Assembly: GCA_902633335.1 (NCBI GenBank)
Contig: CACPFY010000006.1
Coordinates: 4,857 to 68,856, forward strand
From: an uncultured Pelagibacteraceae bacterium
GTDB taxonomy: Bacteria; Pseudomonadota; Alphaproteobacteria; Pelagibacterales; Pelagibacteraceae
DNA: 64,000 nucleotides
Reading direction: 5' to 3'
The number at the start of each line of letters is the position of its first letter. Positions within the stretch are counted from its first letter, which is position 1. Of this stretch, positions 22,942 to 32,981 are shown one piece after another. The notes beneath the pieces were generated by a model that worked only from the letters and a program-made list of their open reading frames with translations, did not search any database and was not told where the DNA came from. The translations under genes were made by a program, and so were the position numbers.

Positions 22942-23108
22942 GATACCGACACTTCTTCTTCATTGCACAAGTGACGAATTACTATTGTGTTGCTTGTGTT
23001 TTTTTAAAAAATCAATCTTTGCACTTGTGCGATAGTCTTGTATCAAATTGTATCAAAACTACTGTATCCTGCACTTCTGCAATAAATAAATGGAGAAATG
23101 TTCACTAA

Positions 23109-24077
23109 ATGTCCGATATATTAAATCAACAACAACAAGACCTACAATTACAATTACAAGAACTTGTCAAAGTAGGCGTAGGTGGCAAGTTTAAAGATAA
23201 TTCAGATTATACAAAACGTATTCAAGAAGAATTAGAATTTGAAGACGCTATGCTACAAGGTGGTATAGACCGTTTCAGAAAGACCGTAAAAGACGCTATT
23301 GCTAAAGGTCAAGAAAGCACAACACTTCACGGTCTAGTATTACAACAGAAATATATAACTAAACTGTCCTTATTAATTAATGGCGATATTAAGACTATGG
23401 AAGATGGTGGCGCAGGTAATCGAATGACTGCACTAAAATTATTGTGTCAATGTCTACCAAAATCAGCTTTTGATAAAGGTGTATTTCTTTCTAAAGAACA
23501 TACAGTTTGGGATACCTGTTCGTTGATAGTTTTGAAGAATACAATTGATGGTATCAGCAATGAAACCACAATGAATAAACTAGCTATTAAGATAGGAACT
23601 GGCTTGATGATGGAAGCTAGAATAACGATGTTCAAGGATAGAGATAAAGAAAATTATAATAGGATATATAAAAGACTTGCAGGAAAGAACATACCTCAGA
23701 AGGTAAATAGGTATCAATATAAGCATAAAGTTTGGACTTATATGATTAATAAAAACCAACTGGAGTTTGACGATTGGGGCAAGGAAGGGAGACTTCATCT
23801 TGGAGTTAAGATGATTGGTTTTCTAGAAAAACTGGGTTTAGTAAAACACCAGAATAGAAAGCTAAATAAATTCAAGACAGTCACTTATGTTGAAGCTACT
23901 AGAAAAATCATAGACGAGATTAGGAATTTCAATATCAAGAATGAAGCACTTCAACCTAAATACCTTCCAATGTTAATGCCACCTAGAAAATGGGAATATA
24001 ATCCTTTTGTTGGTGGATATTACGGAAGAAAACACAATCACGAAAACAAACCAGATGAGGTTAAAAATGCACTATAA
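23109..24077 (+). CDS. T7-like RNA polymerase, N-terminal part
   Basis: W..EGRLHLGVKMI and PMLMPPRKW...GGYY match the end of the T7 RNAP N-terminal domain; SD GGAG upstream. Confidence 0.85.
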   Translation: MSDILNQQQQDLQLQLQELVKVGVGGKFKDNSDYTKRIQEELEFEDAMLQGGIDRFRKTVKDAIAKGQESTTLHGLVLQQKYITKLSLLINGDIKTMEDGGAGNRMTALKLLCQCLPKSAFDKGVFLSKEHTVWDTCSLIVLKNTIDGISNETTMNKLAIKIGTGLMMEARITMFKDRDKENYNRIYKRLAGKNIPQKVNRYQYKHKVWTYMINKNQLEFDDWGKEGRLHLGVKMIGFLEKLGLVKHQNRKLNKFKTVTYVEATRKIIDEIRNFNIKNEALQPKYLPMLMPPRKWEYNPFVGGYYGRKHNHENKPDEVKNAL

Positions 24078-25737
24078 TTTAGTAAAAGCGTCAAACAGAA
24101 GATACTTAGAAGAACTTAAAAATAGAGGTCACGAAATGAAAGACCTTTACGATAGCATAAATATTATGCAGGAAACTGAATGGGTTATAAATAAACCTGT
24201 TTTAGATGTCATAGAAACATTAATTAAAAAAGATGTGACTTTGGGAAAGCTACCAGTAAATCCTCAAAGTATGGAACTTCCAGTCAAACCAATAGATATA
24301 GCTACCAATAAGGAGAGTTTAGTTAGATGGAAAAGAGAAGCGTCTAATATTTACAAAGAACAAGCTAAATCAAAATCTAAATATATACAGGTAAGGCAAA
24401 TTCTTGAAGAAGCTAATTTATTAAAAGATAGGTCTTTCTTCTTTCCTCACCAAATAGACTTTAGGTCAAGAGGTTATCCAAAACCTGCAATGTTATCTCC
24501 ACAAGGTGCTGACTATTCTAGAGCATTACTTAAATTTAAGTATGGAAAACAAATGAAAGAAAATAGTAGTTTTGATAGTTTTGCAATCGCAGGTGCAGGA
24601 TTATTTGGAGAAGTAGATAAAGAAGACATTCAAACAAGATTAGATTGGGTTAAAGATAATATGCAACGATTTATAAATTGTGCAAAGAACCCACTAGAAG
24701 ATACTTATTGGTCACAAGCTGATAAATCTTTTTGTTTTCTTGCTTGGTGTTTTGAACTCAAAGACTTTGCAGAAACAGACTTTGACGCTAGTTTTATTAC
24801 TACACTACCAATACAATCAGACTGTAGTAATTCTGGTTTACAACATTATTCAGCAATGATGAGAGACGAAATAGGTGGTAAAGCTACTAATCTAATTCCA
24901 TCAAATAAACCAGAAGATGTTTACAGAACCGTATCTGAAAAAGTGATAGAAAAATTAGAAGTAAATCCTGACCCATTAGCTAAGAAGTGGTTAGATTATG
25001 GTGTAGACAGAAAGCTATGTAAGAAACCTGTAATGTGTTTACCATATTCTTTAACTCAATATTCTTGTAGGCAATATCTACAAGACCACGTTGAAAAAGA
25101 ATTAAAAGAACGTGGAGTACAACATAACTTCGGTAATGATTTATTTAAAGCTACTAACTTTCTTCAACCAATTGTTTGGTCAAGTATTAATGATGTAATA
25201 GTTGGTGCAAAAGAGATTATGGATTTTTTGAAAAAAGTATCTCGATTAGTTGCTTCAGAAAACTTACCAGTGACTTGGACAACACCTTTAGGATTTCCAG
25301 TACAAATGATGTGTTATAAAAAAGAAAGCAAAAGGGTGAAGACTAAGATGGGAGACAGTATAATTAAATTATCTATACAATCAGATACTGATGTAATTGA
25401 TAAAAGAAAAACTGCACAATCTATTTGTCCTAACTTTATACATTCTCTTGACGCTAGTGTTTTACATTTAGCAGTTGTTAAAGCTAAACAAAAAGGAGTG
25501 ACTAACTTTAGTTTAATTCACGATAGTTTTGGTTGTGTAGCACCTGATGTAGATATGTTGTCAGAAGCTATAAGAGAAGCATTTTGTGAAATATATGAAA
25601 ACGATGTTCTTGCTAACTGGGCGATGGAAATGAGACAAATGCTTTCTTATAAGAATATGAAGAAATTTCCTAATATTCCTCAAAGAGGAAACTTGGATTT
25701 AGCTTTAGTAAAGCAAAGTGTCTTTTTTTGCGTCTAG
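24067..25737 (+). CDS. T7-like RNA polymerase, catalytic C-terminal part
   Basis: DFRSRGY, SDCSNSGLQH (motif A), RKLCKKPVMCLPY (motif B), PNFIHSLDA, IHDSF (motif C); ATG 24067 has GAGG SD. Confidence 0.92.
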   Translation: MHYNLVKASNRRYLEELKNRGHEMKDLYDSINIMQETEWVINKPVLDVIETLIKKDVTLGKLPVNPQSMELPVKPIDIATNKESLVRWKREASNIYKEQAKSKSKYIQVRQILEEANLLKDRSFFFPHQIDFRSRGYPKPAMLSPQGADYSRALLKFKYGKQMKENSSFDSFAIAGAGLFGEVDKEDIQTRLDWVKDNMQRFINCAKNPLEDTYWSQADKSFCFLAWCFELKDFAETDFDASFITTLPIQSDCSNSGLQHYSAMMRDEIGGKATNLIPSNKPEDVYRTVSEKVIEKLEVNPDPLAKKWLDYGVDRKLCKKPVMCLPYSLTQYSCRQYLQDHVEKELKERGVQHNFGNDLFKATNFLQPIVWSSINDVIVGAKEIMDFLKKVSRLVASENLPVTWTTPLGFPVQMMCYKKESKRVKTKMGDSIIKLSIQSDTDVIDKRKTAQSICPNFIHSLDASVLHLAVVKAKQKGVTNFSLIHDSFGCVAPDVDMLSEAIREAFCEIYENDVLANWAMEMRQMLSYKNMKKFPNIPQRGNLDLALVKQSVFFCV

Positions 25738-25740
25738 ACC

Positions 25741-25756
25741 TTTGCACTTGTGCAAA
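25741..25756. promoter_or_regulatory. Palindrome TTTGCAC-TT-GTGCAAA, candidate repressor operator
   Basis: Perfect dyad; related copies at 22963, 23018, 23070, 57168. Confidence 0.6.
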
Positions 25757-25758
25757 TA

Positions 25759-25773
25759 AAGTTCCACTTATGG
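25759..25773 (+). promoter_or_regulatory. Candidate phage-RNAP promoter AAGTTCCACTTATGG
   Basis: Motif recurs before the structural module (32538) and after the terminase (54668). Confidence 0.55.
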
Positions 25774-25807
25774 CTACATAAACGAAGCCAAATTATAGGA
25801 GTATAAT

Positions 25808-26395
25808 ATGCAACCAACAACAAACATAAGTGTTGTCGGAGAAGCTATTTATCCTCACCTAAATAAACCTGATGTTCGTTTTAACGAAGCAGGTGAATAT
25901 AAGGTGACCTTGAAGGTCGCTAAATCAGACGCAACTGAAATGTTGAAGTTATATACTTCAGCTTTAGATGACAGTCTTAAATTAGCTGAACAAAACCATA
26001 AAGGTAAAGGGATTAAAAAAGCACCGAAACCTTATACAGAAGAAGGCGATTACGTTTTCTTCAAATTCAAAATGAAAGCAACTGGGGTAAACCAGAAGAC
26101 TAAAGAAAAGTTTTCACAAAAACCCCAATTGTTTGACGCAAAGAAAAACCCAATCCCATTGAGTACTATTATTTGGGGTGGTTCTAAAATGCGTGTCGCT
26201 TATAATTTAGTATCTTACTATACGCCAATGTTAGGCGCAGGTATTACTGCTAGATTAAAAGCAGTACAAGTTATCGAACTTGTTGAGGGAAAAGATAGCA
26301 ACCTTTTTGAAAAAGAAGATGGCTATGAAGCAACACCCAAACCAGAAGTTATCTCAAATGAAACGTCAGAAGTTCAAGAGAGTAAAGACTTCTAG
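25808..26395 (+). CDS. ssDNA-binding protein (gp2.5-like)
   Basis: YPHLNKPD, IWGGS, LKAVQVIEL, acidic tail ending in Phe. Confidence 0.9.
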   Translation: MQPTTNISVVGEAIYPHLNKPDVRFNEAGEYKVTLKVAKSDATEMLKLYTSALDDSLKLAEQNHKGKGIKKAPKPYTEEGDYVFFKFKMKATGVNQKTKEKFSQKPQLFDAKKNPIPLSTIIWGGSKMRVAYNLVSYYTPMLGAGITARLKAVQVIELVEGKDSNLFEKEDGYEATPKPEVISNETSEVQESKDF

Positions 26396-26789
26396 TGGTG
26401 TTGTCCTAAAATCAGGTTTGGAAGAAGAAGTCTTTAATTATCTAACTAAGCAAAAGATTAATTTTACTTACGAAGGAATGAAGATTACTTACTTCCAACC
26501 TGAAATTAAGAAAACATATACACCTGATTTCCCAATAAAGAATTTTTTTATTATAGAAACTAAAGGTGCTTTTAATTCTGCAGATAGAAAAAAGATGAAG
26601 ACTATTAAATTGCAGAACCCAGAATTAGATATTCGATTTATTTTTTCGAACTCAAAAACTAAAATAGGTAAGAAGTCCAAAACTACTTATGGCAAGTGGT
26701 GTGAATTATTTGGATTTCGCTATCACTGTATTCAATCAACAAAACAAACCTTTCCACAAGATTGGTTAATAGAAATTAAAGGAAAATAA
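26358..26789 (+). CDS. Endonuclease I (gp3-like Holliday junction resolvase)
   Basis: KSGLEE, YTPDF, IETKG, DIRFIF; start trimmed to ATG 26358. Confidence 0.92.
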   Translation: MKRQKFKRVKTSSGVVLKSGLEEEVFNYLTKQKINFTYEGMKITYFQPEIKKTYTPDFPIKNFFIIETKGAFNSADRKKMKTIKLQNPELDIRFIFSNSKTKIGKKSKTTYGKWCELFGFRYHCIQSTKQTFPQDWLIEIKGK

Positions 26790-26790
26790 A

Positions 26791-27291
26791 ATGGCAAGAC
26801 CAGAAACTAAATATATAGTTATCCATTGTTCTCAAACGAGACCAAGTCAGGATATAGGTGCTAAAGATATAGACAGATGGCATAGAGAAAGAGGTTGGCT
26901 TAAAATTGGTTATGGAAAAGTAATCAGAAGAAATGGTGAAGTCGAACAAGGAAGGGAAGACAATGCTATTCAAGCTCACGTCAAAGGATATAATCACTGC
27001 AGTTATGGCTTATGTCTTGTTGGTGGTGCTTTAGAAGAAGATTGGAAAAAACCAGAAGATAATTTTACTGCTGAACAATGGGAAGCATTAAAGAAAACTT
27101 TAGAAGAATTATTATTAAAATACCCAGACGCACAAATAGTCGGTCATTATATGTTGGACGAAGCAAAGACTTGTCCAAACTTTAACGTAAGAGAATATTT
27201 ACTTAACGAAGACGTAAAGGGTTATAAGTTCCAAGATGGCTTGACTGATGAAGCTGATTTACAGGAGATGGAACTTGAAGACCAATCCTGA
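26791..27291 (+). CDS. N-acetylmuramoyl-L-alanine amidase (gp3.5-like endolysin)
   Basis: IVIHCS, WHRERGW, AHVKGYN, VGH, KTCPNF. Confidence 0.93.
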   Translation: MARPETKYIVIHCSQTRPSQDIGAKDIDRWHRERGWLKIGYGKVIRRNGEVEQGREDNAIQAHVKGYNHCSYGLCLVGGALEEDWKKPEDNFTAEQWEALKKTLEELLLKYPDAQIVGHYMLDEAKTCPNFNVREYLLNEDVKGYKFQDGLTDEADLQEMELEDQS

Positions 27292-28858
27292 AGAAAAGTT
27301 TCTTCATCACGCACCTTGTGAAAATTGTGGTAGCCGAGACAATCTCGGAGTTTACGAGAACCATACTTATTGTTTCGGTTGCCACGATTATCAAAAAACA
27401 ACTGGTGTTCTACCAGAACAAATTCAAACAAAAATTAATACTGATATGATAAATGGAAATTACAATAGATTAGATAGACGAAATATAGACGAGGAAACTT
27501 GTAAAGTATTCGATTATCAGCAAGGCGAATATGAAGGTAAACCAGTTCAAATCGCTAATTACTATGACAAGCATTATAACAAGGTAGCGCAAAAGCTACG
27601 ATTTCAAGATAAAACTTTTAAGTGGCTTGGTGATACTGATAAAATTACTTTATTCGGTCAGCAAAATTGGCGTGATGGTGGAAGAACAATAGTTTTAACA
27701 GAAGGTGAATTAGATTGCCTTAGTGTATCAAAAGTAAATTCCAATAAATATCCTGTTTGTTCTATACCTTCAGGAACTGCGTCAGCTAAAAAATATATAA
27801 AACAAGAATTAGAATGGTTATCTAAATTTGAAAAGATAATCCTGATGTTTGACACTGATGAAGCAGGAATGAAAGCTAGTGTTGAATGTGCAAATATTTT
27901 ACCAGTAAAAAAATGTTTCATTGCTAAACTTCAAGGTAAAGACGCAAGTGAATTATTACAAAAAGGTAAAGGTAATAAAATTATAGACGCAATCTTTGAA
28001 GCTAAACATTACACACCACAAGGTATTATTGAAGGTAATGATACAAAAGATTTATTATTAAAAGATGATTATGTTGAAAGTGTTCCATATGTATTTGATG
28101 GATTAAACAAAAAACTATCAGGTATCAGACCTAAAGAATTAGTTTTACTATGTGCAGGTTCAGGAACTGGTAAGTCACAAGTTTGTAGAGAACTTGCTTT
28201 TGATTTAATTAATAAAGGAAATAAAGTTGGATACATTGCTTTAGAAGAAAGCGTAAAGAGAAGTGTAAGAGGTTTAGTCTCTCTTGCAGTAAACCAACCA
28301 ATACATATACCAGAAGTTAGAAAAAAGATTTCAGATAAAGATTTAATTTCAGCGTGGGAAAAAATAAAAGACAAGGTATGCTTTTATGACCACTTTGGAA
28401 GTTCAGACAGTGATGACCTACTAAATAGAATTAGATTTATGGTTCAAGGTCTTAACTGTAAATATATTTTCTTAGACCATATCTCCATTGTTATATCAGG
28501 AATTTCTGAGGGTGATGAGAGACGAAATATCGACAACTTAATGACTAACCTTAGAAAGTTAGTTGAAGAAGTTAATTGTGGAATGTTTGTTGTTTCACAC
28601 TTGAAAAGAGTGGACAGTAAAACAGGACACGAAGAAGGTATACAAACGTCACTTTCACACCTCAGGGGTTCTCATTCACTTGCACAATTATCAGACGCAG
28701 TGATTGGTTTTGAAAGAGACCAACAATCGGAAACAGAAAACAATATAATGACTGTAAGAGTTTTAAAAAATAGATTTACAGGTGACACTGGTGTTGCTTG
28801 TGATTTAATTTGGAACAAAGATACAGGTCGTTTGGTTGAAGGCAACTTCGATGAATGA
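27248..28858 (+). CDS. Primase/helicase (gp4-like; start possibly TTG 27275)
   Basis: CxxC zinc ribbon, TEGELD TOPRIM, GSGTGKS, LDHISI, VSHL, LRGS, KNRFTG. Confidence 0.95.
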   Translation: MKLIYRRWNLKTNPEEKFLHHAPCENCGSRDNLGVYENHTYCFGCHDYQKTTGVLPEQIQTKINTDMINGNYNRLDRRNIDEETCKVFDYQQGEYEGKPVQIANYYDKHYNKVAQKLRFQDKTFKWLGDTDKITLFGQQNWRDGGRTIVLTEGELDCLSVSKVNSNKYPVCSIPSGTASAKKYIKQELEWLSKFEKIILMFDTDEAGMKASVECANILPVKKCFIAKLQGKDASELLQKGKGNKIIDAIFEAKHYTPQGIIEGNDTKDLLLKDDYVESVPYVFDGLNKKLSGIRPKELVLLCAGSGTGKSQVCRELAFDLINKGNKVGYIALEESVKRSVRGLVSLAVNQPIHIPEVRKKISDKDLISAWEKIKDKVCFYDHFGSSDSDDLLNRIRFMVQGLNCKYIFLDHISIVISGISEGDERRNIDNLMTNLRKLVEEVNCGMFVVSHLKRVDSKTGHEEGIQTSLSHLRGSHSLAQLSDAVIGFERDQQSETENNIMTVRVLKNRFTGDTGVACDLIWNKDTGRLVEGNFDE

Positions 28859-29120
28859 AGCAACTTTAACTAAATTTATTTTAAGTTATTTAGTAGATAA
28901 ACCTGATTACGTAGAGTTAGATACTGAACAACAACAATTAATTTTCCAAACTTGTCGTACAATTATGATGGCTATTTATAACGCTATTAAATACGACAAT
29001 GTCCACCCAGTAATTATGTGTGGTGACGCTGAAGCAAGAGCAATAATTAAAAAAGCAATTGAAGGCGTAGGAGAAATACTACCAAGTACAGAAAAAATTA
29101 CAGTTCACTTAATACATTAA
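28851..29120 (+). CDS. Hypothetical phage protein
   Basis: Fills gp4-gp5 gap, overlaps gp4 stop and abuts polymerase start. Confidence 0.7.
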   Translation: MNEATLTKFILSYLVDKPDYVELDTEQQQLIFQTCRTIMMAIYNAIKYDNVHPVIMCGDAEARAIIKKAIEGVGEILPSTEKITVHLIH

Positions 29121-30884
29121 ATGAAGCTAATAATTGACCTAGAGACCAATGGGTTTCTAGATAAATTAGACGTTATTCATTGTATTGTCTTTAAGGATAT
29201 AGAAACCAATAAGGTATATTCATATAATCCTGACAATCTGAATGATGGTCTAGAGTTGCTAAAGAAAGCAACATTATTAATAGGTCATAATATTCAAGGG
29301 TTCGATTTACCTGCAATTAAAAAGATATTTAATTATGAATATAAAGGAGAGATTTTAGATACTCTTTTATGTTCAAGATTGATTTGGACAAATAGACAAG
29401 AATTAGATTTTAAAGTTAAAAACCTACCACCAAAACTAATCGGTAGACACTCACTTGAAAGTTGGGGCTACCGATTAGGATTACGTAAAGGTGATTATCA
29501 AGAACATTCAACATTTGATGTTTGGTCTCTTGAAATGCAAGACTATTGTGAAAGAGACGTAGAAGTCACTCACAAATTATACGACCTTATAATTAAAACA
29601 AACTATTCTAAAGAAGCTATCCTCTTAGAACATCAATTCGCACACTGGATTAGGCAACAAGAAATGTTCGGTGTGTGTTTTGATGAGAGTTCTGCTGAGA
29701 ACCTTTTATCTATCCTAACAAAACGGAGACTAGAGTTAGCTGACCAGTTGGCTCTAGTATTTCCGTCTTGGGAAGAAGTACAAGGTTATAAAACTTATAA
29801 AAGAGATAATAAGAAAAGAGGTATTAGAGCAGGAGTACCAGTTAAAATTACAAAAACTATCACGTTCAATCCTAACTCTAGAGACCATATTGCTTCTAGA
29901 TTAAAAACTTTAGGGTGGAAACCAAAAGACTTTACTGCAGGTGGTAAACCTGAAGTAAGTGAAAAAATATTAAAATCATTAAATTATCCTGAAGCAAAAC
30001 TTATTGCAGAATATTTGATGATACAGAAAAGACTTGGACAACTTTCAGAAGGTGACCAAGCATATTTAAAACAAATTAAAAAAGGAAAAATTTATGGACA
30101 AGTTATTACGAATGGGGCAGTCACTGGCAGGTGTACTCACCACTCACCAAACCTTGCACAGGTTTGTTCAAGCGATTTACCATATGGTAAAGAACTTCGT
30201 TCCTTATTTACTGCTTCTACCGATATGGTTATGTGTGGTGTCGATTTTTCTGGTCTCGAGCTTAGGGTTCTTTCTCATTATTTGGGCGTATACGATAATG
30301 GATATTTTCAAAAACAATTGCTTACCGATGATATACATTCCCAAAATCAAAAATCTCTCGGATTATCCTCACGTTCTAAAGCTAAAACTTTTATTTATGC
30401 TTACATTTATGGTGGGGGAAATAAAAAACTCGGTGAGATACTTAACGTCTCTTATGACGAAGCTAAAAGAATAAGAGATACTTTTGAGAAAAAATTACCT
30501 GCACTTAAAACTTTAAAAGACGCAGTTGTTTCTAAATATAGAAGAACTGGTTTTGTTAATGGTTTAGATAAAAGAAAATTAATGTGTAGAGCAGAACATA
30601 GTTCTTTAAATACATTAATACAGTCTGCAGGTAGCTTATTAGTAAAACAAGGAACTATATTATTAAATCAAGAACTAGAAAAAGCAGGATTTGTGTGGGG
30701 TAAAGATTATGCGCAGGTCTTGCATATACACGATGAAATACAGTTTGAAGTACATAAAGATAAACTAGAAGACTTCAAAACTATCACAAAATCAATATTC
30801 AAAAAAACACAAGAGCATTTTAACTTTAGATGTCCATTAGACGGAGAGATTAAGGTTGGACAGAATTGGAGTGATACACACTAA
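29121..30884 (+). CDS. Family A DNA polymerase (gp5-like)
   Basis: DLETNG exonuclease, DFSGLELR, KTFIYAYIYG, IHDE. Confidence 0.96.
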   Translation: MKLIIDLETNGFLDKLDVIHCIVFKDIETNKVYSYNPDNLNDGLELLKKATLLIGHNIQGFDLPAIKKIFNYEYKGEILDTLLCSRLIWTNRQELDFKVKNLPPKLIGRHSLESWGYRLGLRKGDYQEHSTFDVWSLEMQDYCERDVEVTHKLYDLIIKTNYSKEAILLEHQFAHWIRQQEMFGVCFDESSAENLLSILTKRRLELADQLALVFPSWEEVQGYKTYKRDNKKRGIRAGVPVKITKTITFNPNSRDHIASRLKTLGWKPKDFTAGGKPEVSEKILKSLNYPEAKLIAEYLMIQKRLGQLSEGDQAYLKQIKKGKIYGQVITNGAVTGRCTHHSPNLAQVCSSDLPYGKELRSLFTASTDMVMCGVDFSGLELRVLSHYLGVYDNGYFQKQLLTDDIHSQNQKSLGLSSRSKAKTFIYAYIYGGGNKKLGEILNVSYDEAKRIRDTFEKKLPALKTLKDAVVSKYRRTGFVNGLDKRKLMCRAEHSSLNTLIQSAGSLLVKQGTILLNQELEKAGFVWGKDYAQVLHIHDEIQFEVHKDKLEDFKTITKSIFKKTQEHFNFRCPLDGEIKVGQNWSDTH

Positions 30885-31242
30885 AGCAAGACCTCATTTT
30901 GACTTGGATTTAAAATTCGGACAAGAGAAAGAAAACGAACTTCAAGAAATATTTAATAATAAATTAGTAGAAGTTAAGACAGATAGGGTCTGTCAAAAGA
31001 CTGGAAATGTCTTTGTTGAAATAGAAGACAACGGAAAACCTTCGGGAATAATGAACACAAAAGCAATCTATTTTGCTTTTTGTTTATGGAAAGAAGAACG
31101 TAAAGACCAAGTTTGGGTTCTCATTCCAACAAAAATTCTAAAAAAATTAATGAAGAAATTTCCAATTAAATCAGGTGGCGATAACTGGGAAAGTAAAGGT
31201 CACTGCGTTCCAAAGGAAGCATTACTGCAATATGAAATATAA
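30856..31242 (+). CDS. Hypothetical protein, PD-(D/E)xK nuclease-like
   Basis: VEVKTD...TGNVFVE pattern. Confidence 0.55.
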   Translation: MDRIGVIHTKARPHFDLDLKFGQEKENELQEIFNNKLVEVKTDRVCQKTGNVFVEIEDNGKPSGIMNTKAIYFAFCLWKEERKDQVWVLIPTKILKKLMKKFPIKSGGDNWESKGHCVPKEALLQYEI

Positions 31243-31492
31243 AAAATATAAAATTGTATTTCTAGACCCAACTGCAAATAGTGGTTGGCAATCAGAAAAA
31301 GAACTTAAAGAATTTACACCTGAAGAATGTGTAATAGAAGCATACGTTTATTCTAAAGACAAAAAGACAGTCAAAACTTTTGCTTCGTATTCAATAAACA
31401 AGGACGATAAGGAATTTACGTTTGCAGATACTAACGTACTTCCACGTGCCACAATTAAATCAATGAGGAGAATATATGAAAAACTTAAATGA
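31232..31492 (+). CDS. Hypothetical phage protein
   Basis: Overlaps both neighbours; start trimmed to MKYKK. Confidence 0.65.
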   Translation: MKYKKYKIVFLDPTANSGWQSEKELKEFTPEECVIEAYVYSKDKKTVKTFASYSINKDDKEFTFADTNVLPRATIKSMRRIYEKLK

Positions 31493-32291
31493 GTTTCACG
31501 CTAACAAAAAGAAAACAATGTTAGTTGATGGAGACTTACTTGCTTATAAGATTACTTCTGCTTTAGAAGAAACTATTGAGTGGGAAGACGATGTATGGAC
31601 TTTACATTGTGACTTAGACAAATGTAAGCAATTTTGGAAACAGGCAATTGCTTATTATATGAGACTTACAAATTCTGCTATGTGCATTATAGCATTTTCT
31701 GATGTTTCTAATTACAGAAAGCAATTAGATTTAGATTATAAGTCTTTTAGAAAAGGTATTAGAAAACCAATTACATATAAACCACTAAGACTTTGGATAG
31801 AACAAACTCACAAAACATTAAGTTATCCTTTCTTAGAAGGTGATGACACTTTAGGATTACTAGCAACTGGTGACTACAAAGATAATTGTGTCATTGTTTC
31901 TGGTGACAAAGATATGAGAACAATTCCTGCGTGGCATTGTTTTATCATAGACGACAGTATCGAATTTGTAGATACACAAAAAGCTGATTTAAACTTTTGT
32001 ACTCAGGTTTTAACTGGCGACAAGTCAGATGGTTATATTGGGTGTAAAGGTGTCGGTGCAGTCAAGGCAAGTAGAATACTTGATGGTAAGAAAAACATAT
32101 CTTTAATGTGGGAAGCCGTACTTCAAGAGTATCAAAGAAATGGATACACAATTGAAGACGCATATCACCAAAGTAGACTAGCAAGAATACTAAGAGAAGG
32201 TGAATACGATTACAAAAAACAAGAACCTAAATTATGGAGTTATAAATATGAACACTACAGACATTTTGAAGAAAACCGAGAAGCTAGTTAA
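31476..32291 (+). CDS. 5'-3' exonuclease (gp6-like)
   Basis: VDGDLL, LEGDD, SGDKD, GDKSDGYIGCKGVG. Confidence 0.93.
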   Translation: MKNLNEFHANKKKTMLVDGDLLAYKITSALEETIEWEDDVWTLHCDLDKCKQFWKQAIAYYMRLTNSAMCIIAFSDVSNYRKQLDLDYKSFRKGIRKPITYKPLRLWIEQTHKTLSYPFLEGDDTLGLLATGDYKDNCVIVSGDKDMRTIPAWHCFIIDDSIEFVDTQKADLNFCTQVLTGDKSDGYIGCKGVGAVKASRILDGKKNISLMWEAVLQEYQRNGYTIEDAYHQSRLARILREGEYDYKKQEPKLWSYKYEHYRHFEENREAS

Positions 32292-32595
32292 TGACAGTCG
32301 TGCTAAGACACACGGTGATAAAGTAGCTAATCACGAAAACATTGCTAGATTGTGGTCTTCGTATTTACAGAACAAAACAAAACTGATGATAGTTTTGACA
32401 CCTGAAGACGTTGCTCAACTGATGACTTTGCTAAAAATAGCAAGGTCACAAGCAGGTGAACATAACATTGATGACTATGTAGATGGTTGTGGTTATCAAG
32501 CCATTGCAGGACATATTGCAAGTAAAAGGTCTGAAATAAGTTCCACTTTAGGAGTATCTAATGCAAAAAAAGATAAAAACCCCACTAATAAGTGA
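32200..32595 (+). CDS. DUF6378-like all-alpha phage protein (possible nucleotide metabolism)
   Basis: HGD...NIARLWS..L...DVAQLM.LLKIAR...DDYVD..GY pattern. Confidence 0.6.
   Translation: MNTITKNKNLNYGVINMNTTDILKKTEKLVNDSRAKTHGDKVANHENIARLWSSYLQNKTKLMIVLTPEDVAQLMTLLKIARSQAGEHNIDDYVDGCGYQAIAGHIASKRSEISSTLGVSNAKKDKNPTNK
32538..32552 (+). promoter_or_regulatory. Candidate late phage-RNAP promoter AAGTTCCACTTTAGG
   Basis: Same motif as 25759, directly before the structural module (phi6.5-like position). Confidence 0.55.
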
Positions 32596-32740
32596 AGAAC
32601 TTATTAATTATTTAGAACAATTGTTTCCTGACAAATGTGCTGATTTAAAAGATACAGAAAAAGAAGTCTTTTACAAATCAGGTCAAAGGTCAGTCGTAAA
32701 TCATTTAATCGAACAATTTAAAATACAAGGAGAAAACTAA
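32561..32740 (+). CDS. 59-aa phage protein (not in ORF track)
   Basis: SD TAGGAG; MQKKIKTPLISEELINYLEQLFPDKC...GQRSVVNHL; stop 1 bp before next ATG. Confidence 0.8.
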   Translation: MQKKIKTPLISEELINYLEQLFPDKCADLKDTEKEVFYKSGQRSVVNHLIEQFKIQGEN

Positions 32741-32741
32741 T

Positions 32742-32981
32742 ATGTGTGTAAGTGTAAAAGCCCCTGCGCCACCACCAGCACCAGAACCAATTCCTGCTAC
32801 ACCACCAAGTGTATCAAGCGCAACAACTAAACAAGTTGCACCTACTTCTGCAGACGCTGAAGGTAGAGACACAACTGTTGCTTCAAGAGTAGCAAGAAGA
32901 AGGGTCGGTAGAGGAACTTTGAGAATACCTCTAGCAACTTCTGGTCTTACAAAGAGTGGTCTTAATATACCAAGTGCATAA
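32742..32981 (+). CDS. Small virion protein (gp6.7-like)
   Basis: MC start, Pro-rich, RRVGRGTLRIPL tail; immediately before portal. Confidence 0.65.
   Translation: MCVSVKAPAPPPAPEPIPATPPSVSSATTKQVAPTSADAEGRDTTVASRVARRRVGRGTLRIPLATSGLTKSGLNIPSA

Noticed and set aside
22863-23108. 81-aa ORF crossing attL as a standalone gene
   Set aside because: Starts in the host gene end and reads through the tRNA half; only its 3' part is of interest as part of the attP-spanning frame
24007-24066. TTG start at 24007 for the RNAP C-terminal ORF
   Set aside because: No SD; T7 similarity and the GAGG SD favour ATG 24067
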